This document shows, in pieces, positions 1-9,873 of a stretch of DNA of 64,000 bases; within the stretch, counting starts at the first letter, position 1; the number at the start of each line of letters is the position of its first letter. The stretch spans positions 134,994-198,993 of the forward strand of contig JBGAJA010000001.1 of NCBI GenBank assembly GCA_044225175.1, written 5' to 3'. The notes beneath the pieces are model-generated. The model worked only from the letters and a program-made list of their open reading frames with translations, did not search any database and was not told the origin of the DNA. Source of the DNA: Candidatus Omnitrophota bacterium (GTDB lineage: Bacteria > Omnitrophota > Gorgyraeia > Zapsychrales > Fredricksoniimonadaceae). A program made the translations under genes and the position numbers.

Positions 1-1953
1 CATTTTTGTGCTGGAACTTTAGGCTGGCCGTATATTAAGAAGGATGTAAATTTTTCTGAGTTCTTCTTGCTTATATCGACTCATTTTTTGGCTGTCATAC
101 GAATGGTTATTCTATGTCTATGGGAAAACAAACTAGCATCAATGGATTTTATGTATGGGCTTTTCAAGAAAGAAAATGTCTTAGTTGAGCTAAAATTTGT
201 ACCTTTGCGTGTTTTAATTTGTATCCTTCTGCGCGAATTAATCACCCTTGGTGCCGTCATGGATACCATTCGAGGCCTGCCAATTATCCATCTTAATTAT
301 TTAGGATATGATGAACAAGCTCATCGGCGTAGTCCAGACTCCCAAACAGCCCATTGGGCATTAAAAGGAATAGATAAGTCTATCGCTAGAATTTATTCTG
401 CTGCGATCAAGTCATCTCGACGGCACTATGATGTCTGGGTTTATTCAGACCATGGGCAGGAAGCTACAATTCCTTATGTTGGTTTGTATGGAAAAACTGT
501 GGAAGAAGCTGTCGCTCAAGTCTTTCATGGCCTGTTTGATCCGAAAATAAAAGAAACTAGCAAATTCAATTCAGCAAAGAAAACACATGAGAGTATTCAG
601 CTGCAAAGGGCCCGTTATCTAGGTCAATGGGTTAGAAAAATAGGGATTTTGGATCAAGGACCAGATTTAGCTTTGGATGCTGATTTGGTTACAACTGCGA
701 TGGGACCTTTAGGAGGGATCTATGTATTTAAAGAATTGACGGCCGAGGAACGATTGCGTTTTGCTAAAGAGTTAGTGCGCACAGCCAAGATTCCATTGGT
801 TCTGATGCAGCAAGAAGAGGGCAAGGTGCTGGCATGGACTAATCAAGGTCAATTTAATCTGCCAGAGCAAGCCCGTGACGTTATAGGCGCTGATCATCCT
901 TTTTTTGAAGATATCCTCAAAGATCTTATTGCATTATGCCATCATCCTAATGCTGGAACTTTAACAATTTCTGGATGGCGGCCAAATGAAAAACCCTTGA
1001 GTTTTCCTTTTGAGAATGGGGCTCACGCGGGTCCAGGAAGACTAGAGACAAACGCGTTTGCGTTACTGCCAGCCAATGTTAAATTACGTTCTTACGAACG
1101 CACATATTTTAGAACTAAAGATTTGCGTGAATCTGCCTTGCGATTGTTGAAACGAACACCTGAATCTCATTTAAGTGCTTCTTCAAAAATCATTGTTCCA
1201 AATACGTCTCATCCATCGAAAACCATCCGAATCATGACCTACAATGTTCATGGTTGTAAAGGCTTAGATGGCAAGGTTTCTCCTGAGAGAATTGCCAAAG
1301 TGATTGGACGCTATGAACCGGATATCGTGGTGCTTCAAGAACTAGATATGGGGCGCAAGCGTTCTGGAAAAATGGACCAACCGCATGTGATTGCTAAAGA
1401 ATTAGAGATGATGTACCACTTTCATCCTGCCATTCACGTTGAAGAAGAACGATATGGTAATGCCATACTTAGCCGTTATCCCATGGATTTAATCCATGCA
1501 GCCGTATTGCCCCCTTTAAAAAATAGATTTAATTGCGAACCGCGTGGGGCTATGTGGGCTTCAGTCAAGGTAGGAGATGTTCATCTACAAGTCATTAACA
1601 CACATTTAAGTTTTCATAGCCATGAGGGATGGCATCAAGCGAATGCTTTAATGGGTGATGAGTGGACAGCGCATCCCCATTGTCAGGGGCCAGTTGTTCT
1701 TTGTGGAGATTTTAATTGTCTACCAAATTCTGCCACATGGCGTACAATTAATGGTAAATTTCAAGACGTTCAACGGATATTAGATAATCACCGTCCAAAG
1801 GCAACATGGTTTGGACATTATCCGATAGGGCGCATTGATCATGTTTTTATAAGTCCAGATATAAAGGTTTCTGCCATTGATGTTCCTAGGACTAAATTAA
1901 ATAAAATATCGTCGGATCATTTACCATTAATTGTAGATTTGGAGGTGTTTTAA
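1..1953 (+). CDS. 5-prime partial CDS (open to window start); alkaline-phosphatase-like/type I phosphodiesterase N-terminal region fused to an endonuclease/exonuclease/phosphatase (EEP) C-terminal domain
   Basis: Frame is open from nt 1 (no stop before the first Met at 67). SDHGQ motif is typical of the AP-superfamily phosphodiesterase core. C-terminal MTYNVHGC...VLQELD...SDHLPL pattern matches the EEP fold. Stop overlaps the start of the next gene. Confidence 0.5.
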   Translation, partial: HFCAGTLGWPYIKKDVNFSEFFLLISTHFLAVIRMVILCLWENKLASMDFMYGLFKKENVLVELKFVPLRVLICILLRELITLGAVMDTIRGLPIIHLNYLGYDEQAHRRSPDSQTAHWALKGIDKSIARIYSAAIKSSRRHYDVWVYSDHGQEATIPYVGLYGKTVEEAVAQVFHGLFDPKIKETSKFNSAKKTHESIQLQRARYLGQWVRKIGILDQGPDLALDADLVTTAMGPLGGIYVFKELTAEERLRFAKELVRTAKIPLVLMQQEEGKVLAWTNQGQFNLPEQARDVIGADHPFFEDILKDLIALCHHPNAGTLTISGWRPNEKPLSFPFENGAHAGPGRLETNAFALLPANVKLRSYERTYFRTKDLRESALRLLKRTPESHLSASSKIIVPNTSHPSKTIRIMTYNVHGCKGLDGKVSPERIAKVIGRYEPDIVVLQELDMGRKRSGKMDQPHVIAKELEMMYHFHPAIHVEEERYGNAILSRYPMDLIHAAVLPPLKNRFNCEPRGAMWASVKVGDVHLQVINTHLSFHSHEGWHQANALMGDEWTAHPHCQGPVVLCGDFNCLPNSATWRTINGKFQDVQRILDNHRPKATWFGHYPIGRIDHVFISPDIKVSAIDVPRTKLNKISSDHLPLIVDLEVF

Positions 1954-2615
1954 TGGGTGAACATTTTAAAGGTGATCAAAAGCATTTGGATCATGTTTTA
2001 CTTCAAAATGAAAAAAGACTTCTTAATTTTCTACTTCCTTTTGTTCCGTCTTGGATCAGCACTGTCCATTTAACATTGATGACTATTGTGTGGGCTTCTC
2101 TTATTGTTTTGTTTGGCTATTTGGCTAATACAAACATCATTTGGTTGCTTGGCTTCAATGCGTGCATATTTCTTCAATATGTGACAGATATGTTAGATGG
2201 GGCAGTAGGTCGTCAAAGAAATGAGGGGTTGATTAAATGGGGTTTTTATATGGACCATTTTCTTGATTATGTGTTTTTATGTTCAATCATTATCGGATAC
2301 TCATTTTTATTACCTTCATCTTATTTATTTTTAGTTTTATCTTGTTTAGCCATAACAGGTGGTTTTATGGTCCATGTTTTAATGGATTTTGCTATCACAA
2401 GTGATTTTAAAATCAGTTTCAATCATTTTGGTGTATCAGAAGTTCGAATTCTTTTGATTCTTTTTAATTTTTCTTTAATTTATTTAGGTAAAATGTTTTT
2501 TGTTCAAGTTTTTCCATGGGTTGTCTTATGTTCTCTACTTGCTTTAGTTGTTATGGTCTATCAATCTCAAAAAATATACGCAAGTATAGACATGCAGGAA
2601 AAGAAAAATAGTTAA
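1953..2615 (+). CDS. CDP-alcohol phosphatidyltransferase family membrane protein
   Basis: Polytopic membrane protein with DMLDGAVGRQRNEGLIKWGFYMDHFLD, resembling the D-G-x2-A-R...G-x3-D-x3-D signature. Translationally coupled to the upstream phosphodiesterase. Confidence 0.5.
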   Translation: MGEHFKGDQKHLDHVLLQNEKRLLNFLLPFVPSWISTVHLTLMTIVWASLIVLFGYLANTNIIWLLGFNACIFLQYVTDMLDGAVGRQRNEGLIKWGFYMDHFLDYVFLCSIIIGYSFLLPSSYLFLVLSCLAITGGFMVHVLMDFAITSDFKISFNHFGVSEVRILLILFNFSLIYLGKMFFVQVFPWVVLCSLLALVVMVYQSQKIYASIDMQEKKNS

Positions 2616-2632
2616 TCTAAGAAAGGACACTT

Positions 2633-2869
2633 ATGATTTTTTCAGAAGAAGAAATTTTGGCCATCCTAAAAAAAGAATTACCTGAAGTTAATGGTAAAAA
2701 CTTGGAAGATGTTGCCGGTTCTATTATTCGTTCAGGGAAACATTGGCAGGAAGTTGATTTGGACGAACATGTCCATGATGATGTCAAAATGCAGGTGCTT
2801 CATGATCTGTGCAAACCTACAAATAATAATGAGCCGCCCAAAGATGTTCGTTTATTTTTTAAAAAATAA
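2633..2869 (+). CDS. small acidic hypothetical protein (78 aa)
   Basis: ORF with SD-like AAGGA upstream and plausible composition. No family recognised. Confidence 0.3.
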   Translation: MIFSEEEILAILKKELPEVNGKNLEDVAGSIIRSGKHWQEVDLDEHVHDDVKMQVLHDLCKPTNNNEPPKDVRLFFKK

Positions 2870-2922
2870 AAAAACGTCAAAGCCATGGCATTGCCAGATC
2901 AACAAATTCCCAATAGAACCAT

Positions 2923-4323
2923 ATGAAAATCCAATTCTTAGGCGCTGCTTCGAATGTCACAGGATCTCGTTTCTTATTGGAAACTGACGATAAAGTTATT
3001 CTGATTGATTGCGGTTTATATCAAGAGCGGAATTTATTGGAAAGAAATTGGCAGAAGTTTCCCTTTAATCCATTTAAGATTGACGCTGTCATATTGACCC
3101 ACGCCCACATCGATCATTGCGGCTATTTACCGAAACTGATCAAAGAAGGGTATCGAGGGAAGATCTATTGCACCCCACCTACGGCCGAGATAGCCAAGGT
3201 TGCCTTGCTTGATTCGGCTAACATTCAAGAAGCTGATAGTGAATATAAGAGAAAACGTCATGCCAAAGAAGGAAGAAGGGGCCCTCATCCTGAAACACCT
3301 CTTTATACAGCTGATGATGCCAAAAAAGTGTTCCCTCATTTTCATCATATCCAATATGAAAAACCAATTGATCTAGGGAAGAATTTAACAGCGACATTTT
3401 ATGATGCAGGACATATCTTGGGTGCTGCGATGATCCAAATGGAATATCGAGAGAATAATACTACAAAGAAAATTGTTTTTTCAGGTGATATAGGAAGATG
3501 GAATAGACCCATTTTAAAAGACCCGCATCTTTTTAATGATGCAGATTATGTAATCATGGAGGGTACCTATGGGGATCGGTTTCATAGTGATGATGCCAGT
3601 TGTTTGAATGATTTGGAGAAGGTGATCAATAGAACCTATCAAAAGGGTGGGAATATTGTTATTCCAAGCTTTGCGATAGGAAGAACCCAGGAACTTTTAT
3701 ATGATTTGAACCTTCTTCTGAAAGCTAAAAAAATCCCTTCTATTTCAACTTTTGTTGATAGTCCAATGGCAATGGAGATTACAGAAATAGTTAAGTTTTA
3801 TTCTGATTATTTCGATACAGAGGCCCGTGAAATATTACGTCAAGGTTTGGAATTATTTGATTTTCCTTTATTGAAATTTACTGCAACTCCCAATGAATCA
3901 AAGGCCATCAATCACATTCAAGGAACATCCATTATTATGGCCGGAGGAGGGATGTGTACAGGAGGAAGAATTAAACATCACCTGGCTCTTAATCTACCCA
4001 GGCCAGAAAGCACTATTCTTTTTGTTGGATATCAAGCGCTTGGTACTTTAGGCAGAATCATATTAGAGAAACCCGAGGAAGTAAGACTTTTTGGAAAGAA
4101 TCTGAAGGTTAAGGCTAGCATTGAACATATCAATGGATTCTCAGCCCATGCGGATCAAAGAGAATTATTGAAATGGTTGAGCGCTTTTAAGAAACAGCCG
4201 CAAAAAGTCTTTATTGTCCATTCCGAGCAGAAAGCCGCAGAGGCTTTAAAGAACGAGATTCAAAAAACAATGTCCACAGAAGTACATATTCCTTCCTACC
4301 AAGAACAATTTATTTTTTCCTGA
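2923..4323 (+). CDS. MBL-fold beta-CASP RNA-metabolising hydrolase (RNase J-like)
   Basis: HAHIDHCGYLP (HxHxDH) metallo-beta-lactamase motif. beta-CASP-like C-terminal region with the conserved late His. Confidence 0.75.
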   Translation: MKIQFLGAASNVTGSRFLLETDDKVILIDCGLYQERNLLERNWQKFPFNPFKIDAVILTHAHIDHCGYLPKLIKEGYRGKIYCTPPTAEIAKVALLDSANIQEADSEYKRKRHAKEGRRGPHPETPLYTADDAKKVFPHFHHIQYEKPIDLGKNLTATFYDAGHILGAAMIQMEYRENNTTKKIVFSGDIGRWNRPILKDPHLFNDADYVIMEGTYGDRFHSDDASCLNDLEKVINRTYQKGGNIVIPSFAIGRTQELLYDLNLLLKAKKIPSISTFVDSPMAMEITEIVKFYSDYFDTEAREILRQGLELFDFPLLKFTATPNESKAINHIQGTSIIMAGGGMCTGGRIKHHLALNLPRPESTILFVGYQALGTLGRIILEKPEEVRLFGKNLKVKASIEHINGFSAHADQRELLKWLSAFKKQPQKVFIVHSEQKAAEALKNEIQKTMSTEVHIPSYQEQFIFS

Positions 4324-4428
4324 TGCCATAGTTTTGTTTGATGAATTAAGGGAATTGTATATAATCCTACATATTCAAAATATAAGAGAGAACGAAATAG
4401 GGGTACATCCCTTATTATTAGGTTAAAC

Positions 4429-5133
4429 GTGAAGAAAATTTCGAAATCAAACGGTATCAAATCATGGCCATTAGATGACAGGCCAAGAGAGAAATTGCTT
4501 AAAAAAGGTGCAGGCACTTTGAGCAACTCCGAACTCTTGGCTATTTTATTACGCACCGGCACAGCAGGCACCAGCGCCGTTGAACTTTCCCGCAAAATCC
4601 TTGGCAAATTCGGCTCCTTTAGGAGTATGGCCCATACCGACATCCGTGATTGGAAGGAATTCAAAGGTTTAGGCGGGGCTAAGATGGCTCACATTCAGGC
4701 CGCACTTGAAATCGGGCGGCGTTATCAACAGGACGTTGTGTTGTCTCCGGGCAAGCAGAAGATCGCTTCCGCCAAGGACATCGTTGATCTTGTTTTACCC
4801 CACATGCGCGATCTTAAAACCGAAGTCTTTAAAGTTATCTATCTTGATAACAATAACCGAATCATCGATATTACCGACGCCGCCATTGGAACGGTAGACC
4901 ATGCCTTTCCCATCATTCGCGAAATAATCCACAGCGCCTTACAGAAATTCGCCAAGTCGATTGTTTGTGTGCATAACCATCCAAGTGGCGAAACTGCCCC
5001 TAGTGTGCAGGATAAGAAATTTACCAAAGAAATAAATGATGCCGCGCGATTGATGGAAATTAAAGTGTTGGATCACATTATTATTGGTGGGGATAAGTAT
5101 TTTAGTTTTGCCGACGAAGGGCTTATATGTTGA
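4429..5133 (+). CDS. radC: RadC-like JAB/MPN (JAMM) domain protein
   Basis: N-terminal helix-hairpin-helix-like region (LSNSELLAILLRTGT). C-terminal JAMM motif HNHPSG. Stop overlaps the start of the SNF2 gene. Confidence 0.8.
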   Translation: MKKISKSNGIKSWPLDDRPREKLLKKGAGTLSNSELLAILLRTGTAGTSAVELSRKILGKFGSFRSMAHTDIRDWKEFKGLGGAKMAHIQAALEIGRRYQQDVVLSPGKQKIASAKDIVDLVLPHMRDLKTEVFKVIYLDNNNRIIDITDAAIGTVDHAFPIIREIIHSALQKFAKSIVCVHNHPSGETAPSVQDKKFTKEINDAARLMEIKVLDHIIIGGDKYFSFADEGLIC

Positions 5134-8009
5134 CAGATTACCACGCAAAATATTTTGCCTATGAGCTCACTAAACGGTGCGCATCCGATAGTTTAGAGAA
5201 GCTATCAGCAACTCTTTCTAATGCTCAGGTCGATTTAAATCCTCACCAAATTGAAGCCGCGCTTTTTGCCTTTCGTTCACCTCTCTCTAAAGGAGCTATT
5301 CTTGCTGATGAAGTTGGTTTAGGTAAAACAATTGAAGCTGGTATTGTTATTTCCCAAAAGTGGGCAGAGCGGCAGAGAAAGATTCTGATCATTGTTCCAG
5401 CGAATTTAAGAAAACAATGGAATGAAGAATTGTTGGATAAGTTTTTTATCCCGTCGATTATTCTTGAAAAGAAATCGTTCAATGAAGAAATCAAGAAAGG
5501 AAATTTAAATCCTTTAAACCAAAAGGATTTGGTTGTTATTTGTTCCTATCATTTTGCTAAATCCAAAGATGTTTATATTAAACAGGCTGGATTCGATTTA
5601 GTGATCATCGATGAAGCGCATCGTTTACGAAATGTTTATAAGGAATCGAATAAAATTGCCAACGCGATTAAAAATTGTTTGAAAGACTTTCCCAAAATTC
5701 TTTTAACCGCAACACCGCTTCAAAACTCGCTTGTTGAGCTTTATGGTTTAGTCAGCATTGTTGATGAGCAGGTCTTTGGTGATTTAGAAAGTTTCAAAGC
5801 ACAATATTGCCATAGTGAACCTCCGAATTATGCAGAATTAAAGGAGCGAATCAAGCCAGTATGTCTTCGGACGCTAAGAAGGCAAGTGTTGGAATATATC
5901 AAGTACACCAATCGTATTGCTATTACCCAAGAATTTTATCCCAAAAAAGAAGAGCAGGATTTGTATAACCTTGTTACCGATTATCTTCAACGAGACAGAC
6001 TTTATGCTCTTCCCAAAGCTCAACGACACTTGATGACGTTGATATTAAGAAAGCTTTTAGCATCGTCCACCTATGCTATTGCTGGCACATTATTGGGTTT
6101 AGCTCGCAAATTAGAATTTCTACTTAAGAATCAGGATAGGCCAGAGGTTGTCGAGGAAATCTTGGCTCAAGATTATGAAACCTATGAGGAAACCAAGGAT
6201 GAATGGCTTGATGATGAAGAAGGTGATGAAGATGAGAAGGATGAAGCTCCACAAACAAAATTAACCGAAGAGGATATTAACAATATTAATGAAGAAATCG
6301 GCTTATTGAAACAAATGCATGAATTAGCGAAATCGATACATAAGAACTCTAAAGGAGAGGTCTTATTAAAAGCTTTGCAGAAAGGGTTTGAAGAAGCTCA
6401 GAATAAGGGAGCATTAAAGAAAGCCATTATTTTTACAGAATCTACCCGAACACAAAGCTATATCCTTGAAATTTTAAGTCAAACGGAATATACGGGCAAG
6501 ATTGTCCTTTTTAATGGAAACAATAATAGTCCGCATGCGAGAGAGATTCTTAAGAAATGGACAGAACGGAATAAAGATACAGATCGAATCACCGATTCTT
6601 CAACTGCCAATATGAGAGCGGCCTTGGTTGATTATTTTCGTAATGAAGGTGTCATTATGATTGCGACTGAAGCTGCCGCTGAGGGCATCAATCTTCAATT
6701 TTGCTCTTTAATTGTTAATTATGACCTTCCTTGGAATCCACAACGCATCGAACAGCGCATAGGCCGCTGTCACCGATATGGCCAAAAGCACGATGTTGTT
6801 GTAGTTAATTTTCTCAATAAAAAGAACGCCGCAGATGTTCGGGTTTATGAATTATTGGAAAAGAAATTCCAGCTTTTTAGCGGTGTATTCGGGGCCAGTG
6901 ATGAAGTCTTAGGCGCTTTGGAGTCCGGTGTTGATTTCGAACGCCGTATTGCCGAGATTTATCAAAATTGCCGAACTGAAGCACAGATTCAAATCTCATT
7001 TGACCAGCTTCAAAAAGATTTGGAAGAAAATATATCAGAGAAAATCACCCAAACAAAACAACGTCTTTTGGAAAGTTTTGATGAGGAAGTTGCTGAAAAA
7101 CTAAGAATAAATTCGATTAAGAGTAATGAGTACAAAGACAAATATGAAAAGTGGCTTTGGGATTTAACGCAATATTTTTTACAACCTTACGCAAAGTTTG
7201 ACCAAGATAATTATTCTTTTGTGCTCGTCGATAATCCATTCCCATCTGAAAAAATTGATCCAGGCCCATACAGAATTGGCAAAAATGTTGATGATGCGCA
7301 TGTTTATAGGGTGGGTCATCCCTTAGCGCAGAAAGTCATTAGCCAATTTAAAAGCAAAGAATTGCCAGCAGTGGAAGTGTGCTTTGACTATGAGAATTCT
7401 GGAAAAAAAATTTCGATATTAGAAGGATTGATTAGCAAGGCGGGATGGCTTACTGTTTATAACTTCACAATCCAGTCTTTTGAAGAAGAGGATCATGTTG
7501 TGTTATGTGGTTTAACTGATGACGGGCAGGAGCTTAATGCAGATCAATGCCGAAGATTATTTTCACTTCCCGGTAGTGTGATAGCTGAAGCGATAACGCC
7601 GGACGGAATTAACAAAAGGATTGCTGAAATTGTGGGCAAACGAAAAGCAATGATTCTGGACACCAATATGCACCGCAACTCAGGATTTTTTGATAAGGAA
7701 ATAGATAAGCTTGACAAGTGGGCAGAAGATAAACGCAATTCATTAAAGCTATCTTTAAAAGATCTTGATGAAGAGATTAAAGAGTTAAAAAAGACAGCTA
7801 AACAAGCGCAGAGTTTGCCTGATAAGTTAGCCGCACAAAAGAAAGTAAAAGCATTAGAGAAAAAGCGAGATGAAGCATGGCGTGAGTACGATGCTACAGG
7901 TCGAAAGATTGAAGAAGAAAAAGATAAGCTTATAGAAACAATTGAACAAAAACTTTCTGCTAAAGAATGCTTAGGGGAAGTTTTTTCAATCCGCTGGAAG
8001 GTTGTTTGA
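5127..8009 (+). CDS. SNF2-family (SF2) ATPase/helicase with C-terminal coiled-coil domain
   Basis: Walker A GLGKT, DEAH box (DEAHRLRN), LLTATPLQN (SNF2 motif III), helicase C motifs (QRIGRCHRYGQ). About 300 aa non-helicase C-terminal extension with coiled coil. Overlaps the radC stop. Confidence 0.8.
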   Translation: MLTDYHAKYFAYELTKRCASDSLEKLSATLSNAQVDLNPHQIEAALFAFRSPLSKGAILADEVGLGKTIEAGIVISQKWAERQRKILIIVPANLRKQWNEELLDKFFIPSIILEKKSFNEEIKKGNLNPLNQKDLVVICSYHFAKSKDVYIKQAGFDLVIIDEAHRLRNVYKESNKIANAIKNCLKDFPKILLTATPLQNSLVELYGLVSIVDEQVFGDLESFKAQYCHSEPPNYAELKERIKPVCLRTLRRQVLEYIKYTNRIAITQEFYPKKEEQDLYNLVTDYLQRDRLYALPKAQRHLMTLILRKLLASSTYAIAGTLLGLARKLEFLLKNQDRPEVVEEILAQDYETYEETKDEWLDDEEGDEDEKDEAPQTKLTEEDINNINEEIGLLKQMHELAKSIHKNSKGEVLLKALQKGFEEAQNKGALKKAIIFTESTRTQSYILEILSQTEYTGKIVLFNGNNNSPHAREILKKWTERNKDTDRITDSSTANMRAALVDYFRNEGVIMIATEAAAEGINLQFCSLIVNYDLPWNPQRIEQRIGRCHRYGQKHDVVVVNFLNKKNAADVRVYELLEKKFQLFSGVFGASDEVLGALESGVDFERRIAEIYQNCRTEAQIQISFDQLQKDLEENISEKITQTKQRLLESFDEEVAEKLRINSIKSNEYKDKYEKWLWDLTQYFLQPYAKFDQDNYSFVLVDNPFPSEKIDPGPYRIGKNVDDAHVYRVGHPLAQKVISQFKSKELPAVEVCFDYENSGKKISILEGLISKAGWLTVYNFTIQSFEEEDHVVLCGLTDDGQELNADQCRRLFSLPGSVIAEAITPDGINKRIAEIVGKRKAMILDTNMHRNSGFFDKEIDKLDKWAEDKRNSLKLSLKDLDEEIKELKKTAKQAQSLPDKLAAQKKVKALEKKRDEAWREYDATGRKIEEEKDKLIETIEQKLSAKECLGEVFSIRWKVV

Positions 8010-8032
8010 TTTAAATGATAAGGAGATCGTAA

Positions 8033-9871
8033 ATGGAAGAACCGAAGAAAATGGATTTGCGCTCAATCGATATGACCGCAGAGCATAAAGCTAAATTAAT
8101 GCAGATTTTCCCGCATGTATTTAATGAGGACAAGATTGATTTTGAACGTCTCAAGCAAACACTTGGTGAAGATATTGATTCGGGCTTGGAGCGCTTTGGT
8201 TTGACATGGCCGGGGAAATCTGAATGCATGAAGATCATTCAGCAACCAAGCATTGGGACCTTAAAGCCATGTAAAGAGGAGTCGGTTAATTTTGATACGA
8301 CTGAAAATATTTTTATTGAAGGCGATAATCTGGAGGTATTAAAGCTTTTGCAGAAGTCCTATTATGGCAAGGTTAAGATGATCTATATCGACCCGCCCTA
8401 CAATACAGGAAAAGAATTTATTTACCCTGACAAGTATTCTGAAACTTTGGAAACATATCTTGCTTATACTGGGCAAGTTGACTCTGAAGGAAAAAAGTTT
8501 TCGACAAATACGGAGGCTGACGGGCGGTTTCATTCGAAGTGGCTTAATATGATGTTTCCACGTATATTTTTTGCGCGTAATTTATTAAAGGAAGATGGGG
8601 TAATTTTCATAAGTATTGATGATCATGAAGTTGATAATTTAAGAAAGTTATGCAGTGAGGTTTTTGGAGAAGAGAATTTTATTGCACAAATATGTCATAA
8701 GGCAAGAGCTTCAGTCTCAAACGACAAAATAATATCAAGCAATCATAACCATGTTCTTCTTTACGCAAAGAATGCACAAGAGATTCATGAAAAAAGGCAT
8801 TTATTTGGTTTAGATCCAGAGTTAGAAGGTTTTGATAAAAAGGATGATGTGGATTTTTATAAATTGGTACCAGTTGATGGGCCTGGAGGGGCTGCGAAAG
8901 GTAATCCATATTATGAATTTTTGGGTATAAAACAGTATTTCAGGTTTTCTTTAGAAACAATGAAAAGGAAATATGATGAAGGCCGCATTGTAAAAGTTGG
9001 CAATGGTATTCAGCAGAAACTTTATTTGAGTGAAGCTAAAAATACTAGAAAAACCGATACAACTTGGTGGGATGAAAAATTGTATACTTCTACAGCAACT
9101 GCAAGGCTTAGTGAGCTTATGGGGGGCGATTATTTTGACAACCCAAAACCAGTAGAGTTGATTCAAAGAATGCTTAGGTTATGGTCTAGAGATCAAACTG
9201 ATATTATCTTGGATTTTTTTGCAGGATCAGGCACTACCGCACAAGCTGTTATCGAATTAAATAAATCTGATGGGATAAATCGTAATTTTATTTTGATCCA
9301 ACTTCCAGAATTGTGTACACAAGATACGGAAGCCTTTAAGGCGGGTTATAAAACTATTGCTAGCATTACTAAAGAACGTATTAGGCGGGTTATTAAGAAA
9401 ATTCAAGAAGAATCAAAAAGCCAGTTGGATTTTAAGAATAGCAAAATTGATTTAGGTTTTAAAGTTTTCAAGCTCGACCAGTCGAACTTTAAGATTTGGG
9501 ATGGGGTCATCGATCAAGCTACAGATGGTAAGAGAATTGAGAAACAGCTTGAGCTTCAGATTGAACATATCAATCCCAAGGCAACGGAAGATGAAATCTT
9601 ATATGAGTTGTTGCTGAAGTCCGGGTTTGCATTAACGACCAAGGTGGAAGTTTTGCAAATGGCTGGGAAAAAGGTCTATTCCATTGAGAATGGGGCATTG
9701 TTGATTTGTTTGGATAAGAATTTAACCAAAGAAGTCATAACAGAAATGGCGCGTAAAGAGCCGGCCCGTGTGATATGCCTCGATTCTGGCTTTAGCGGGA
9801 ATGATCAATTAAAAACCAATGCAGTTCAGATCATGAAGTCACATAAAGTAGAAGATTTTCGAACGGTTTAA
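8033..9871 (+). CDS. mod: Type III restriction-modification Mod subunit (N6-adenine DNA methyltransferase, beta class)
   Basis: Motif IV DPPY (IYIDPPYNTG) precedes motif I (FFAGSGTT), the beta-class order typical of Type III Mod. N-terminus resembles annotated Type III Mod proteins. Confidence 0.8.
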   Translation: MEEPKKMDLRSIDMTAEHKAKLMQIFPHVFNEDKIDFERLKQTLGEDIDSGLERFGLTWPGKSECMKIIQQPSIGTLKPCKEESVNFDTTENIFIEGDNLEVLKLLQKSYYGKVKMIYIDPPYNTGKEFIYPDKYSETLETYLAYTGQVDSEGKKFSTNTEADGRFHSKWLNMMFPRIFFARNLLKEDGVIFISIDDHEVDNLRKLCSEVFGEENFIAQICHKARASVSNDKIISSNHNHVLLYAKNAQEIHEKRHLFGLDPELEGFDKKDDVDFYKLVPVDGPGGAAKGNPYYEFLGIKQYFRFSLETMKRKYDEGRIVKVGNGIQQKLYLSEAKNTRKTDTTWWDEKLYTSTATARLSELMGGDYFDNPKPVELIQRMLRLWSRDQTDIILDFFAGSGTTAQAVIELNKSDGINRNFILIQLPELCTQDTEAFKAGYKTIASITKERIRRVIKKIQEESKSQLDFKNSKIDLGFKVFKLDQSNFKIWDGVIDQATDGKRIEKQLELQIEHINPKATEDEILYELLLKSGFALTTKVEVLQMAGKKVYSIENGALLICLDKNLTKEVITEMARKEPARVICLDSGFSGNDQLKTNAVQIMKSHKVEDFRTV

Positions 9872-9873
9872 TT

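Noticed and set aside
2691-2987. 98 aa ORF overlapping the 2633-2869 ORF and the MBL gene start
   Set aside because: Out-of-frame overlap with a better ORF. Cys/Met-rich, low-complexity translation. No RBS.
4296-4664. 122 aa minus-strand ORF overlapping the radC 5-prime region
   Set aside because: Antisense to a well-supported gene and intergenic promoter. Typical spurious AT-rich ORF.
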